Assembly (NCBI GenBank): GCA_964199315.1
Contig: OZ116711.1
Coordinates: 10,602,001 to 10,666,000, forward strand
Source of the DNA: Orbicella franksi
Lineage: Eukaryota
Length of the DNA stretch: 64,000 nt
Direction of reading: 5' to 3'
Shown: in pieces, positions 52,101 to 64,000 of the stretch
Position numbering within the stretch: the first letter of the stretch is position 1
Layout of the letters: every line of letters starts with the position of its first letter
Translations under genes and position numbers: made by a program
Notes under the pieces: model-generated
Database searches by the model: none
The model's input: only the letters and a program-made list of their open reading frames with translations
What the model was told of the DNA's origin: nothing

Positions 52101-54500
52101 ATTCTGAGACTTCTGAGGAAACTTGCGCTTGGGCTGAAAAACAGGCTTACTTCCGGTCAAATAGTAAACCCGTTTACAGTGGTTACGTCATAGGTCATGA
52201 AATGTCAAGCGGCATTAGTGCACATGTGTCGCGTAAGCTGTCAAATGGCAAAAAGGTGAGACGAGCAGGCGATCTCAAATCAATGTGTTCCAAGACAATT
52301 TTATTAGGTCTCAGTATTTTTCGGTGCGGTAGTGAAAGGTCCGTGCATGGAAGACCTTCTTGGGAGCTTGCTCCTTACGACCGTGAATCAGAACGGACCA
52401 ACGATTTCACCGCGTGGTGTAGAGATGCCTCAACTGAATGCTGCTTTAATGAGCGCGCTGGAGAGTGTGGAGTGGTTCGTTTTACGTCTCAGATTTTTGT
52501 TTTAGACAAGTCGAAATCGATTCTAATTAGAATAGGCAGACAAACAGCTTGGGAAGCAGTCAGGAACGACTTCATCGAAAACAAAGAGAAGATTGCTTCT
52601 AAAGATTATGAATTGCACGGTAGGTGTGATGTCCTGTTTTGTTAGCCATCGTTTAATAACTTACCACAACAATCGTTAAGCTTAACATATATTTTGAGTT
52701 TTTCCTTGTTTCCTCGCATTCGCTAACACTGTAGATACTGTATCTCACGATAACTCTCTAAAACACAGCAGCACCAAATTTCTAAATTCTTAAAGAATTT
52801 GCATGTGTGCATTGGCTAGAGGAAATTGCCAGTGAGTCCAGATACGCATATCTGAAATCCGCCTGGGACGTTTGGCTGCAATTCCGTCAAATCCTACTTC
52901 CATGATTTAATTGTCTGATCCCAATAAACGCCGGACTGGTTACTGGAAATCCGTATACTTTATCAGAACAAGATACAATTTAGAATTAACTTTTGAGACC
53001 GTCGTCACTGAAAACGGATTTCAGAAACAAATCTTAAGAGCCGATGAAAATGGACTGAAATGGTGAAACTCAAAGAAGATAAACAAGTAGATCAAAACTT
53101 CATTGAATTGAAACATACGGCAGTGGTAATCTTGTTAAATTATTTAAAAACAAAGGAAATGCTTAAGAATTGCGAAGCTAAATGACTAGAATGTGTTTTG
53201 ACTCTGCTAATCTACAGGGGACGGGAGCAGCACGGAAAAGGGCGGGAGGCGGGAGATAAAGGTACGTGAAGCGGGGGAACAGGGTACGGGAGGCGGGAGG
53301 TTCTGACCCCCCTGTCCCCCACCCAGTAACGAACACCAGTTTCCTTTCCATCCACGATAACACTCCTTCAGGATGATGGACGGGATATGTCATCCTGGCG
53401 AAGGAATTCCTGTCTTTCATGAATTATCTCTGGACTAACAGCCTGCCATGAAGTGGAGTCCATCTTGAGGGACATCGCTCCTGCCAAATAATATAGAATG
53501 AACTCTGGCCGCTGTTGTGGTGCTCTTTGAGCAACTAAAGTAGGACTGCCGTACTGATTGACTGAAGTTCCATGCCACAATTGAAAGAAGCCTCCGTCGT
53601 TCATCTCCACGTTTTCTGACTCTTGCAAAAGCTTTTGCCACCTCAGCTCTGTTCTCCTTTCCTTGCACCTCTTACCCACTCACTTCCAGTTTACTATCTT
53701 TCATGCTTCTTCCAATCAAGAACTTCTGGGAAACGTTTGCTCTCTGACCCTGAACTTGCTTGCCTTTTTCACGGCTTTGGATTCCTTGTAATCCTTTGCT
53801 AGCGACTTCAAAAATTTGTCATCATGTCCAGTTCCAGAAGACGTTGAAAATAGATCTTTGTACTCGCTCTGGAATTTTTTTGATTGGATGATGTCTCTCA
53901 TTATAGCACGAGTTCCAGCCTCTCCCAAAGACGTGTAGCTTTCGACGAGATTCTTCATTTTGTTAAAATTTCTGACCTCAACTCACGTTTTCGGTGTTCT
54001 TGAAGCAACTCGTAACTAAAGCGAAGATAGCTCGTTTTAGGAAATTGGTATGCTACGTCCTGAGAAGGCTTTGTTGCATCAACATCCAATTCATTATCTG
54101 TTTCTACTTCATGAAGATATACATGTAGATCAGGGTCGAAATCGTCCACATTTGTCGATCCTCTTCTCAATTCTAGCCTACAAAAGAAAACATTTCGATG
54201 CCTATTTATATAATTCAGAAGATGCACCTGGATACATAGCCCTCAAGTGGAGTAGAACCTCAGAAGCATTATGTAATCAGTGTGTCTCACCTCGAGTGTT
54301 TTGCATTTTTTTTGAAGCCGAATTGTTTCCCGGCAGAAAGTACAGATCTTCCTTTTCCGTTCTTTGTGTCTAGAAGAACTCCATTTCCCTGTAACACACA
54401 ACTTTTCCTCCGCGTAAGTTCCGTTCAACATCTGTTTCACGCCTGGATCTCTATGACTCCACTCCGCATGTTGCTGGCAACAACAAAGCTTCTTGACAAG
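49125..54500 (-). pseudogene. Sola3-like transposase exons 1-5, unit E
   Basis: ORFs 49005-49280, 50460-50846, 53368-53679, 53716-53958 and 53955-54227. Exon 2 is interrupted at 51903-53322 and keeps a segment (VETDNELDVDATKPSQDVAYQFP) shortened in units A-C. Confidence 0.75.
51903..53322. mobile_element. G/C-terminated insertion in unit E exon 2
   Basis: Interrupts gtcgcactgccagtagcgaacacc. Starts tggggggg..gaatagggggcgggagg and ends ggaggcgggaggttctgacccccctgtccccca. Degenerate target duplication (gcgagtag/ccagtaac). Confidence 0.75.
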
Positions 54501-54839
54501 CGATCCAACCAGAGAACGTAAAAATTGCTGCAAATAGCGTACTTAAACTTTGATAAAGTCTGATATGTAAATTTGATGGATATAAAATGACTATTTCGGT
54601 AAAGAACTCCTCAAAAAACTGTCACTTTTCACTTTTGAATATTGCGTCGCGCAATGTGCAGCACATTCTCGGCTCTTTTTTGATTGGCCCTGAGAACAAT
54701 GGCCAAACTAGGCCAAGAGACAGAAAATAGGGGCTTGGAAAAGAAACATGCAATAAAGCAAGTGTTTTTTTTTTTTTTAATTTTTTCTTTGATGTTTTCT
54801 TGCTTTTTCGATGTCACCCAATCAGATGCCAATATTAGC

Positions 54840-55268
54840 ACACATGACATCATAATTGCAAGAGGTATGTTTCCAGTACAACGTGGACGAGACTGCATGT
54901 AAAAGTTATGTACAGCACATTGAGTTCCGCGATGCAAAAGCCAAAAAAAGAGTCAAAGAAAGGAACAGTCTTCCGCTTATTTCTTGGACAATTGAACCAA
55001 CAAGAAGTTGAAAATGTATCTAAAGCAAAAAGGTCTTGAGATAAGTGGAAGCAAGGCTGAGTTGATTGATCGAGTTCCCACCCACGCACGCGGGAACCTT
55101 AGTGCCAGAGATGCTGTAGAAGATGAGGAATATCCCAATTCATGCGAAGATGACACAAGCTCAGAGTCCAATGATTCTGATGACTCTTCAAATGACTCTT
55201 CGACATACGTGGAAGAGTCATTTGAAATAATGTCTGTACCAGAGGAAGAAATCCAACAAGCAAACTAG
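54840..55268 (+). pseudogene. C-terminal gene fragment with SAP domain and acidic tail
   Basis: LQEVCFQYNVDETACKSYVQHIEFRDAKAKKRVKERN.. then KLKMYLKQKGLEISGSKAELIDRV (SAP pattern Lk..Lk.rGL..sG.K.eLi.R) and a D/E/S-rich tail; frameshifted; 5' end missing. Confidence 0.6.
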
Positions 55269-58200
55269 ATATGAGGAAATCAGTGGGAGGAGACTTTTTT
55301 CAACGGGGGGGGGGGGGGGGGGAGGGGATGTAGCCTTAATGTTATTATCATTATGTGAGGGGGGTTGAAATTAATTTTTGTTTAATGAAAGGGGGGTATG
55401 ACTTCGTTTTGGGGCATATTTCACCCATTTCCCAGCCCCCGCTCCAAGTAATTATTGCACAGTCCCTTAATTTTGAAATCTAGTTCAACTCTTATGGAAG
55501 ACGTTGATAGACTGGAACCTTCTGCGTCTAGTTAATTCGCTTTTCTCTTTTGAGTCCATGAATGAAGTCATTTTAAAGCTCGATGACCATTCCTATGAAA
55601 ACTCTTTAAAAAATACTTCTCGAAGGTACACATTATGTAGTCTAATTTAGTTTTAACTTTTGAGTCTGACGATGAAATCCTAAGACATGACTATTCGTGC
55701 GAACGCTATTGAAGTAGCTCTTAATGCGTACGCTTTTTCCGTACAATCGTCTGTATTTGTAGAGCTAAAAGTTGTGTTTTAAAAAAAATATTTAATAAAG
55801 ATAAACGTCTTCCCAACCAAAGAATCGTTTAGTTCGAAAAGATCAATGTAGTTTGACAAGTATCATAAGTCCAACCATGGGAAATTTGAAGATTGACAAA
55901 TGGGCCAAAAATAGGCGAAATTTTTGTTGAGTTTCTTTGCACGTGACTTAACTAGACAAATATACCGCAAACACTGGACCCGCTAAAAGTTTACCAGCCC
56001 AATTTTAAGTTCGACCATTATGCGTTCACATGACAAATTCTTAAACCCATCAAGATAAAGTGAAAGCATACAATGGAAGCCTAGAGAACGGAACCCCATT
56101 GACTGGTTTTATGTGGTGAACGAAGAGAAATGTGAGAGACTGGCGACAGGAGTGGGCACCTATCCATATCGGCTTTTATGCCACATATGACAATAATCAC
56201 CTTAAAATGTATAAAATAGGGACATGACATAAAATCCAAAAACAAATTTTATCATAAGTAGAACTGTTATTAAGTTGGTTTCCAACACATTTCTATCTTA
56301 CATGAAAGGTCTGCGAACATGCGCTTAGTCATCGACCTTAATCTCATACGTGCACAGCGTTCAGCCTTTAACGTCAACATTGTCTTAATCAGGAATTTTA
56401 TTATTTCAGCCTCTTGAGATGCATGTTGAATGCCTCTTTGAACCGACTGGTTATAAAATGGGTTCATTTCCAAAGCAGAGAAAAGCAGCTCGAAGGGGCT
56501 TCACAAGGAAGAAACCTTAGATAGCTTGACCTTAAAAAAAGTTCAACTTACTTTCGAAAAGAGAAGCATTGGACTTTTAAATAGCATTGCAGTCTACAAG
56601 AACCTTGGACAATACGAAGAAACTTCAGGTAACAGACAATTGTTTTTCTTATCGATAGCCTTTCAAAAAGGAAAATGAATGAATAGATCTATTGACACTT
56701 TACGCTATGTTGAGTACAGATATTATAAGTCTTTAACTCTTTAATTTCAGTGCTTGGCTAAAAAATAAATTCTTCTTAAGTGTGGCACAAAATGCACACA
56801 TCATAATGTCTCAGCTATTCAGATTAACAATGCACGGACTATCTTACGAAACATTCATTATTGTTCATCACAGTTCTCTACCAACATCGAATTGCTTTGT
56901 AATCTTATAGCTTCGACAGTAGTCTGGTCCCTTAAACAAATTATTTTACATTTTGTTTCTCCTTTCAGAACCCACAGAGAGCCCCTCGTATACTCATAAT
57001 TGGTGGTGGAGTTGTGGGAATGACCAATGCACTTCAACTATTGAACAAAGGGTAAGTGAATTAATGTAAGATAACTTATGGTAAGGCGCTGAAAGGTGTT
57101 AAAGAAGGAACGTTTGGTAGATTCGTTAAGTCCAGGCATCGAGGCCTGGAACCGAGTTTCTATGATCGCCCCAGTTAAGAAATTTAGCCGAGCGAGACTA
57201 AGTACTGGTTTCGTTGGAAAAAAAACATGGTGGACTTCCGTGAGCGGAAAGCGTTTGTAAAGCTTTGTAAACATTTTGCGTATTTCACGTTCAAAACATC
57301 CAAGGTAAAGTTCCAGTTCAAGCCCTGCATCTAAATTCTGGACATTTTGAAGGAGCGGGGATAAACACTCCATTGTAAACCTGTGAGCGGGAACCCCACT
57401 ACGAAGTGATGTGGATGATGGACGTGGATGTTTATTTCCGTGTGAGCAAGATTGCAGTCATCAGTCACCACAGTGTAATATTTCATTCGGCATATTTTTT
57501 TTGTGTGTGTAGTGGTGTAGTGTCAACGGGAGTATTTCTGCATGTATTTCTGGACTCCACGATGGCAAGGGTTAACTTTTTAAACAGGTTCGTGACCCTA
57601 AATCACTTTATTTCTGTGTCAAAGTGTTCAGCACTGCTGTACTAATTTTGGACACTGAAATAAGCAAACAATATAAATAGAACAGAACTTGTTAAAACTC
57701 CCAACAATTAGAGCACGTTTTATAGTGAGCACAGTAGGTACGGCGTTTTTCAGTTACGTTAAGGTTGACGACTTGGCCTCTCACCTAATAGTTTGTTTAT
57801 ACAAGAGGTCTGCTTCGGTTTCAGACAAAGCATCTGGCATTATTTACCAAAGTGAATACTGGATAGGTCCCTCGGCAGAATTGAGAACCATCACCATCTC
57901 TTTGGTCTAAATTTGAAACTAATAATTTTTGTTTTTGTTTCTTCATAATCAACCTCAGACTTTTGCTTTGATCCTCTAGACTTAACTGCTTAAATAATGG
58001 GCCCAATCAAATATTTGGGATGGAGACTGTGCAGGAAATTTGGCTTTACTATCTCATTTTGCTGTTCTTTTTGTAGTCCCTGGCGCTTTATTTTTGCTGC
58101 TTCTGACACAGTTTTCAAACAGTTCATGCTCCTCTCTTGCACCAAGAATTGCCAGTTGAGAAAACTACTATTTAAGACTGCAATCATCTGAATTTATTTT

Positions 58201-58939
58201 AACCTTGCTTATTGTCTTACTTAACTATCCTTTCATTACAGGAACTAGCCACTGATAAGCAACACTTTAGGCCAAATTTGATGTATTAGAATCCTTACTC
58301 ATCTCTTTGCCTTACAAGACAAATAAATCAAGTAACCCTTGCGCTTGATACAAATTCTTGTTATTCTCCAAAGCCTTGGAGCCAGGTATCAACGTTGGCC
58401 TAATTCAACATTGTGGAGATTCTGTTGACTCAGGTTTGTCCAAGTAAAAGTCAGTTTTTGAATGAATGACCATTTCCTCTGTCAACTCCATTACTAGCTA
58501 GGACACACATACAGATAACATGGCTCATTTGCCTTCTCTGGGTCTCATATCTCCCTTTGCAGATGAGTGTATGACAGCCCTATTTTAATACCCAGATGTA
58601 TGACACAATTTTCTTCCACCCGCACACAAATAAAACGGATGCTTATCATTAGTACAAATTATGCCAAAGCATGTAAGAAATTGTAAATAGCTTGGTAATA
58701 AAACACCTCAGCCTAGTAAAAGTTCACAGTACGTCTACGCCCAGCAATTTCATTTTGGGCGTTCCCATGCAGAAGCAGGAATGCTTTCACATTTGAGAGT
58801 TCAAAGTGGAACTGAACAGTAAGGAAAGGAGGTTTCCAACATCTAGTGGCTATTAGATATCTTTTAACCTTTTTACAATTGTAAATTTAGTTAGCATCGG
58901 GCAGGCGAAGAGCCACCCTGTGGATATACTGCCCGAAAT

Positions 58940-58941
58940 GC

Positions 58942-58986
<45 letters not shown>
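58940..58986. repeat. (ATT)n microsatellite, probably a retroposon tail
   Basis: About 15 att units. Confidence 0.9.
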
Positions 58987-58987
<1 letters not shown>

Positions 58988-59702
58988 TCAGTGTTGTTGA
59001 GTTATCCGTAACTGCCTTCAAGTTTCATGATTTAAATCATTCCTAGAACGTCTTTCAAACCACACATATTACAGGACAATCACGAAGTAAATTAAATGCG
59101 GTGTTTCAAAATAATCGTACGTTAAGACGGAAACTTCTTCAGACAGAAAAGCTTATATAATTATATCTCAAGTTTTCATATACAACTCTGAACAGTTGAG
59201 AAACAGTTTAAAGACTTCCATTGAGAGGCTTCGCGATATTTGATGGCAGACTAGATACAGTTCGACATCGCTATTTTCCATAGAAATTAGAGAAGAATAA
59301 TTGCAAAGGAAATATTCTCCCTCATCGGTGCGAAGATGGGCGGTAATGAGCTTCAAAATTTCCACAGCGAAATGAAAGTTTCAGCTTCGTTATCCTCCCG
59401 ATACAGTAACCCAGAATGTGAAATTCACCACGCTCAGCAGGAAAATATCAACCTGAAACTTGTCACTTTATCTGACACAAAGTTGGGCCTTCATTCTCTT
59501 AGTCCTAATTGTCTCAGGGCTGTTGCTAAAAAGTACTGACAGCGAATAATAAAAATTATCAAATCGAAGACAGAAATGGCGGCGAAACAGGTTGCGGTTC
59601 GTTATGTTCAAGTTATGCGCATGCTCGTTACGGTTCTCAAATGACTGACAGATTTCTTTACTAGGGCGATCATCGAAACCAGAAACGCGGCGAGATCAAA
59701 GG

Positions 59703-59763
59703 TAGCTGCCAGCCCCCCTGGCTAAGTCTTTTTTAAAAGACTTAACTAGGGGGGCTGGCAGCT
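59703..59763. repeat. Short palindrome in an intron of the oxidase pseudogene
   Basis: agctgccagcccccctggctaagtcttt..aaagacttaactagggggg ctggcagct: the two halves are near reverse complements. Confidence 0.8.
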
Positions 59764-62700
59764 TTAGCATCTTAAAAGATTTTTGTTTTAGTGTTGAAAA
59801 GAGATAACCTCAACACAATCACATCTTTTCGCGCGGAGGTACTGATAACTTTCGCTTTCCTTTCCTATTATCATTACACCTTGAGAACAGCTCAATAACC
59901 CACCAATTCCATGAGTTTTTACAGACATGTTAATTCTCTAATTTCTTTCTCCAGGAAAAAAGTTACAGTTGTAGCAAAGGAGTATGCCTCCCCTGTCGCG
60001 ACGGGTAAATGTATCACCTCCGAGACTGCCGGCGCTTTGTGGGAATGGCCTCCTGCGGTGTGTGGAAGGCACACAGACATAAAATCCCTTGGAGAAATCC
60101 AAGGATTGGTGCATGGACAGCTATGCTAAGTTCATGGAGTTGGCCATGAAGCCAAAGGAAACTGCAGCCTACCTCAGACAATCTATATTCTACTTTAAGG
60201 ACAAGGTATGTATCAATTTGCAAAATCATTCTGATAAAGTTTGATGCGTTCAGGTTCAGAGAAAGTGGTAGCTCCTCCTTATTTTTCTAGATTTTTCATG
60301 CTGAATAAGAGTCTTCACTGATAGAGATATGATTTCGTAAGGTTGTAAATCTTCCAACCCAGTTCGACAAGATAAACGAACTCTGTCATTTGCCAGGATA
60401 TCGTCATGATGCAAAGCTTATTCAAGACATTGGTAAGTCTTTGTGTGCATGAATTCAATGTTTACCCTCGTCATAAGTTTGAGTCGATTTTTGTCATAAT
60501 TCCACTCCTGTTCTTCTTCAGAAGCATTTACGTATGTCTAAACCTAAACCATGATTCGGCAGTAATGTCTTTTACTTTTACATCTATGGAAATCCCCACC
60601 ATTGCAAAAAAAAGCCCGCCTGCAGTGTTTTTTTGAATGCACATACTCATTCCTAAAGAGCCCTAATGTTTTAAGTGTTCGAGTAGCACGTTTGCTTCTA
60701 TAACGAGGAACGTTTCTCAAAGACCCGTCTTCTTCTCTTTCTCTTAGCTGTGAACACAGACACTGGTGTAGTGGATGCCTACCAACACATGTCTCCCATG
60801 GTTGACACAGTCATGTACAGTGTAAACAGTGTAAAGACAAGGGCTGTGGCTTTGTACACGATGAAGTTAAAGGACTTCTGAGAGACCAGGCAGAGGACTT
60901 GAAAAACAAATACAAAGCACAGCTGATCCTCAACTGCTCTGTACTCAGTGCTAAGGAACTGGCTGGAGATGAGGATGTGTTTCCTCTGAGAGGTAACCAA
61001 CTCAACTTGGTGGTTTTATTTTCAAGTACTTCCTTCAGAAGAATTAGTTAACAACCTTAAAATTCATCTCCCAAAGTTATTTAAGAGTTCGCTTCTTACA
61101 TACACATCACTGTTATGAGCGATTAAGACCACTCAATCAATAACCTCACTGTCAGTCTTTTTTGTGTGTGTGTCGTGTCCCCCATTTAACGCGTCTGTAG
61201 TTATGACTGCTGATCATAAAGTTGCTGGTCTTTTTTTAGGGGTGATTGTTAAAGTAAGAAATGACGGTAGCCTGATGGCAAAGCTCAATCATTCCATGTG
61301 CAACTCCCTGATCGAGGACACTGACGAGTCCAAAAGAGAAAGACAATGCCTTGTGTTCATCCTACCAAGAGGTGACGACAAATTGTGGCTGGGAGGCGTG
61401 GAGCAACCCAACTAGTGGGACGGAAATCTCACGTTGGATTATCCACCAATCGGAAGAATGTTTGAGAAGGTCAAGGCGTTTTACCCTCCACTCCGTAAAT
61501 ATGGAGACGAGGATGTGGAAGATGTGCTGGTGGGACTACGACCCGCTCGTAAAGGCAATTTTCGTTGGATTGGGATCCAGTGTGTCCTTCTATTCTGCAC
61601 AACTATGGACACAGGGGTTCGGGCGTGTCTTTTTCGTGGGGCTGTGCTATTGAAGCCAGTTCAATGGTGGATCGCGTTAATTCTCAAGGGACAGCAGATT
61701 TATCTCTCGAAGCTTTGAACAGTTTTGTATTTTTTCATATTTCATACAGGTCACCAAATGAAAAAGAGTTGGTTATTTGAAAGAATTTTCTTTGGCAATC
61801 TTATGACGATGAGTGAGAAGGTTAAAGACTTGAGGACTAGCATTTTGATCAGAGATATGGTATTTTTATTACCGTGGATATCAAGGGTTTTTTTAAAGGA
61901 ACGACAGAAATATCAAAAAGAGAAACAATTTGACGTTAAAATTGTCAATATTTTATCCGATTTATAAACAAAAACGAACAGAATTATGTAAATATCATAT
62001 ATTTGAATATGTAATAAATTGCTGTTATGTTTTAACCTGATATTATCGTTCTTTTTTATGCCCGGTTCATACACCGTACTTCACATGAGCCGAATCGAAT
62101 ACTAATGAGGGAGAACAAAGGATTTTTCTCATTTGCATTCGATTCGGGTCATGTGAAGTACGGCGTCTGAACTTGGCCTTACGCTACACCCTGATAGTGC
62201 TAGGAGATTAAACTCTACATCTTCAGCAATCACTGATTGTACAAAAAAGATCTCATAACTTTTAAAGTAGTTTGTCATTGTGGTTTCTTGTTGAGGGAAT
62301 TACATACAATGTAAGGTATGCGAGTAAATGAATCATGTAATGGCGCGGACTACTCAATCCTCGGCTAATTACACCGAAGGTCGTTGGATCGTAATTTGGA
62401 TAAACCAAAAGGTGTATATGCAACAATGGATCTTTCAAAATTCTTTGGCAGTTTCTTACGAAGTAGTTGATCTGTGCATTGATACCACTTTGGGTTGTCT
62501 ATGGCCACAGATGATGAGGGGGAAATGGATTGGCACTAAACTTTTTTAAGTTTTGTCCTTGTGTCTTGAAAAAATCGCTATAAAATAATACTAGTAGCGG
62601 AGCTCCTGCGCGCCGAAGACGCGGGAGCGGGCCCCATACCTTAGAAAATTTGGTAACCGATCGATCTGAAAAATTTTGGTTGTCACGTGACTGTCCGTAC

Positions 62701-64000
62701 GTACGTACGTCCTTACGCCAATAGGGACCTTAAGACACGAGGACGGGAAGGCCAGGACAGCAAAGGCAGTGGAGGCGGGAAACTTTCGCGAGTCCCGTCA
62801 TGTTGCCCAAAACAAAATGCTTAAGATGTGCATTTTCGCAAAGGACGGCGACGTCAATAATTCGAACCTCGTACAAGCTTTTCACAGAAGCAATGACATC
62901 TATTAGACTACAAAAGAGATGGTAGAAATCTTATCCTATTAGGCTTAAACGATAGTGAACAGCGATGCTGAATTTCTTTTTCTTTATGAGCGAAGCAAAC
63001 ATCTGTCAATATTTCAATAGAGAAACCATAATTTCCGTATGAAAAAATTAAATGAACAATCTGATCGACCTGCTTCAGATGGCTTTTTACCACTAAAGCG
63101 TTTGGGAATTCTGTCGCCGAAGAATCCTGACTTTTGGTGAACGTTTCAATTTCCATCTGTAATTGTAACAAGCATTATAAAAATCAAACAAACGTTGCAT
63201 CAAAAAAAAAACAACTTAACATCAGTTTGAAAATGTGTATTTTATTTGCTCGATAGATGCTCCATGGTATTCATTCTTACAACATTTTACCGACTGTACT
63301 TACACTGATGTATTCTCAATGCATACAGTTTGCATTGAACTTGCACACTCGTGATAGCGTCTGAACAGTGACTGCTGAAACACAAACGAACAGACGAGGA
63401 ATATTTTTATTCACATTTTCGTATCTCAGCGTAGTATTCTACACTACACTCACGAAAACTGTGAACCTTCTAAACATTCCTATCAATATAACTTAAAGTA
63501 AAGTCGATTGGAACAGTTATCGGGGCAAAACAAGTGCAAAATACTCACGTTTTCGATACGACGGCTAGTCGGGCGAAATGGCGTCCTCGACGAGATGAGG
63601 ACGGCAGAGAGATGAGTCGAGAGTTCTCGTGCGCATGCCCGTTGAGTTAATTTACTTCCGGTAGCCGTCCGACCTCATCCCGTCCTGGTATCTTAAGGTG
63701 CCTAATACCTTGAAAACTAAGAGAGTATCACCATTACCATATGGCTGCATCTTTGATTTTGGGCGTCCACGCTATCACTAATTAACAGCTGTCACAACCT
63801 TTCCGCTCACCAGTATCACGTGACTATATCGCGGGCTCAGGTTAAGAGCTCATCGAGGTTGCGTGTTTTTTTAAAGTTGACCACTGACCAGTTACTGATT
63901 TACCGATTGGATCGCGGGCTCAAGTCACGTTATCTCTCTGAGTCACGTTATTTCTCTGCGAGGAAGGCGTACTCGCAAAGGCAAAATTTCCGCGCAAATT

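Larger units (their letters stand above)
21908..54830 (-). repeat. Tandem segmental array of ~5.2-kb transposase/glycosyltransferase-like units
   Basis: Marker aatattgcg(t/c)cgcgc recurs near 21910, 32832, 37328, 42551 and 54638. Unit junction cagatgcc|tcgatt at 22108, 33031, 37523 and 42760. Units: A 22109-33031, B 33032-37523, C 37524-42760, D and E 42761-54830 (joined across a LINE). Confidence 0.95.
56969..61780 (+). pseudogene. D-amino-acid oxidase-like FAD oxidoreductase pseudogene (bacterial-type subfamily) with spliceosomal introns
   Basis: GT-AG exons 56969-57051 (ILIIGGGVVGMTNA), 59955-60205 (TSETAGALWEWPPAVCGRH..SKDWCMDSY), 60342-60432 (YRHDAKLI), 60748-60992 (PMVDT..LILNCS..FPLRG) and 61240-61780 (VFILPRG..LGG..VGLRP..HNYGHRGSGVSFSWGCA). 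Frameshifts at ~60091, ~60815 and ~61567; TAG at 61413-61415. Confidence 0.88.

Noticed and set aside
21908-54830. Functional multigene glycosyltransferase cluster
   Set aside because: Every copy has stops or frameshifts, several of them shared, and no N-terminal signal or membrane anchor is visible.
57060-57620. Possible DIRS/tyrosine-recombinase relic in the oxidase intron
   Set aside because: Only a weak SFYDRP-like hint; no catalytic motif or termini found.
59955-61780. Oxidase lesions as mere sequencing indels
   Set aside because: One could be (gg at 60091), but there is also a multi-codon loss at ~60815, an in-frame TAG and substitutions at conserved glycines.
1-64000. tRNA, rRNA or other standard RNA genes
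   Set aside because: No recognisable cloverleaf or rRNA signature by eye; not excluded without tRNAscan-SE/Infernal.

Overview
AT-rich eukaryotic DNA, most likely from a stony coral or other anthozoan (inferred from its repeat families and gene remnants). It has no intact protein-coding gene and no rRNA, tRNA or CRISPR array. (1) 1-13 kb and 15.4-17 kb are a dense field of nested non-autonomous DNA transposons and palindromic MITEs. (2) 13.8-15.2 kb (minus) is the decayed 3' end of a gene made of a transposase-like C-terminal exon, a homeodomain-like helix bundle, a 27-bp-repeat Pro/Ala/Ser linker and a herpes-tegument-like (peptidase C76-like) Cys protease domain. (3) 17.2-21.9 kb holds a 181-bp hairpin-containing tandem repeat in both orientations, flanking exons of a Ulp1/C48-like protease remnant. 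(4) 21.9-54.8 kb is a tandem array of about five ~5.2-kb units. Each unit carries the putative promoter and first five exons of an intron-containing Sola3-like DDD transposase, running directly into a DXD-motif glycosyltransferase-like ORF. Lesions are shared between copies, and single copies later received a solo LTR, Penelope, hAT-like, Kolobok-like and L2/CR1 LINE insertions. (5) 57-61.8 kb (plus) is an intron-containing pseudogene of a bacterial-type D-amino-acid oxidase. Family assignments come from manual translation and motif recognition, not database searches.
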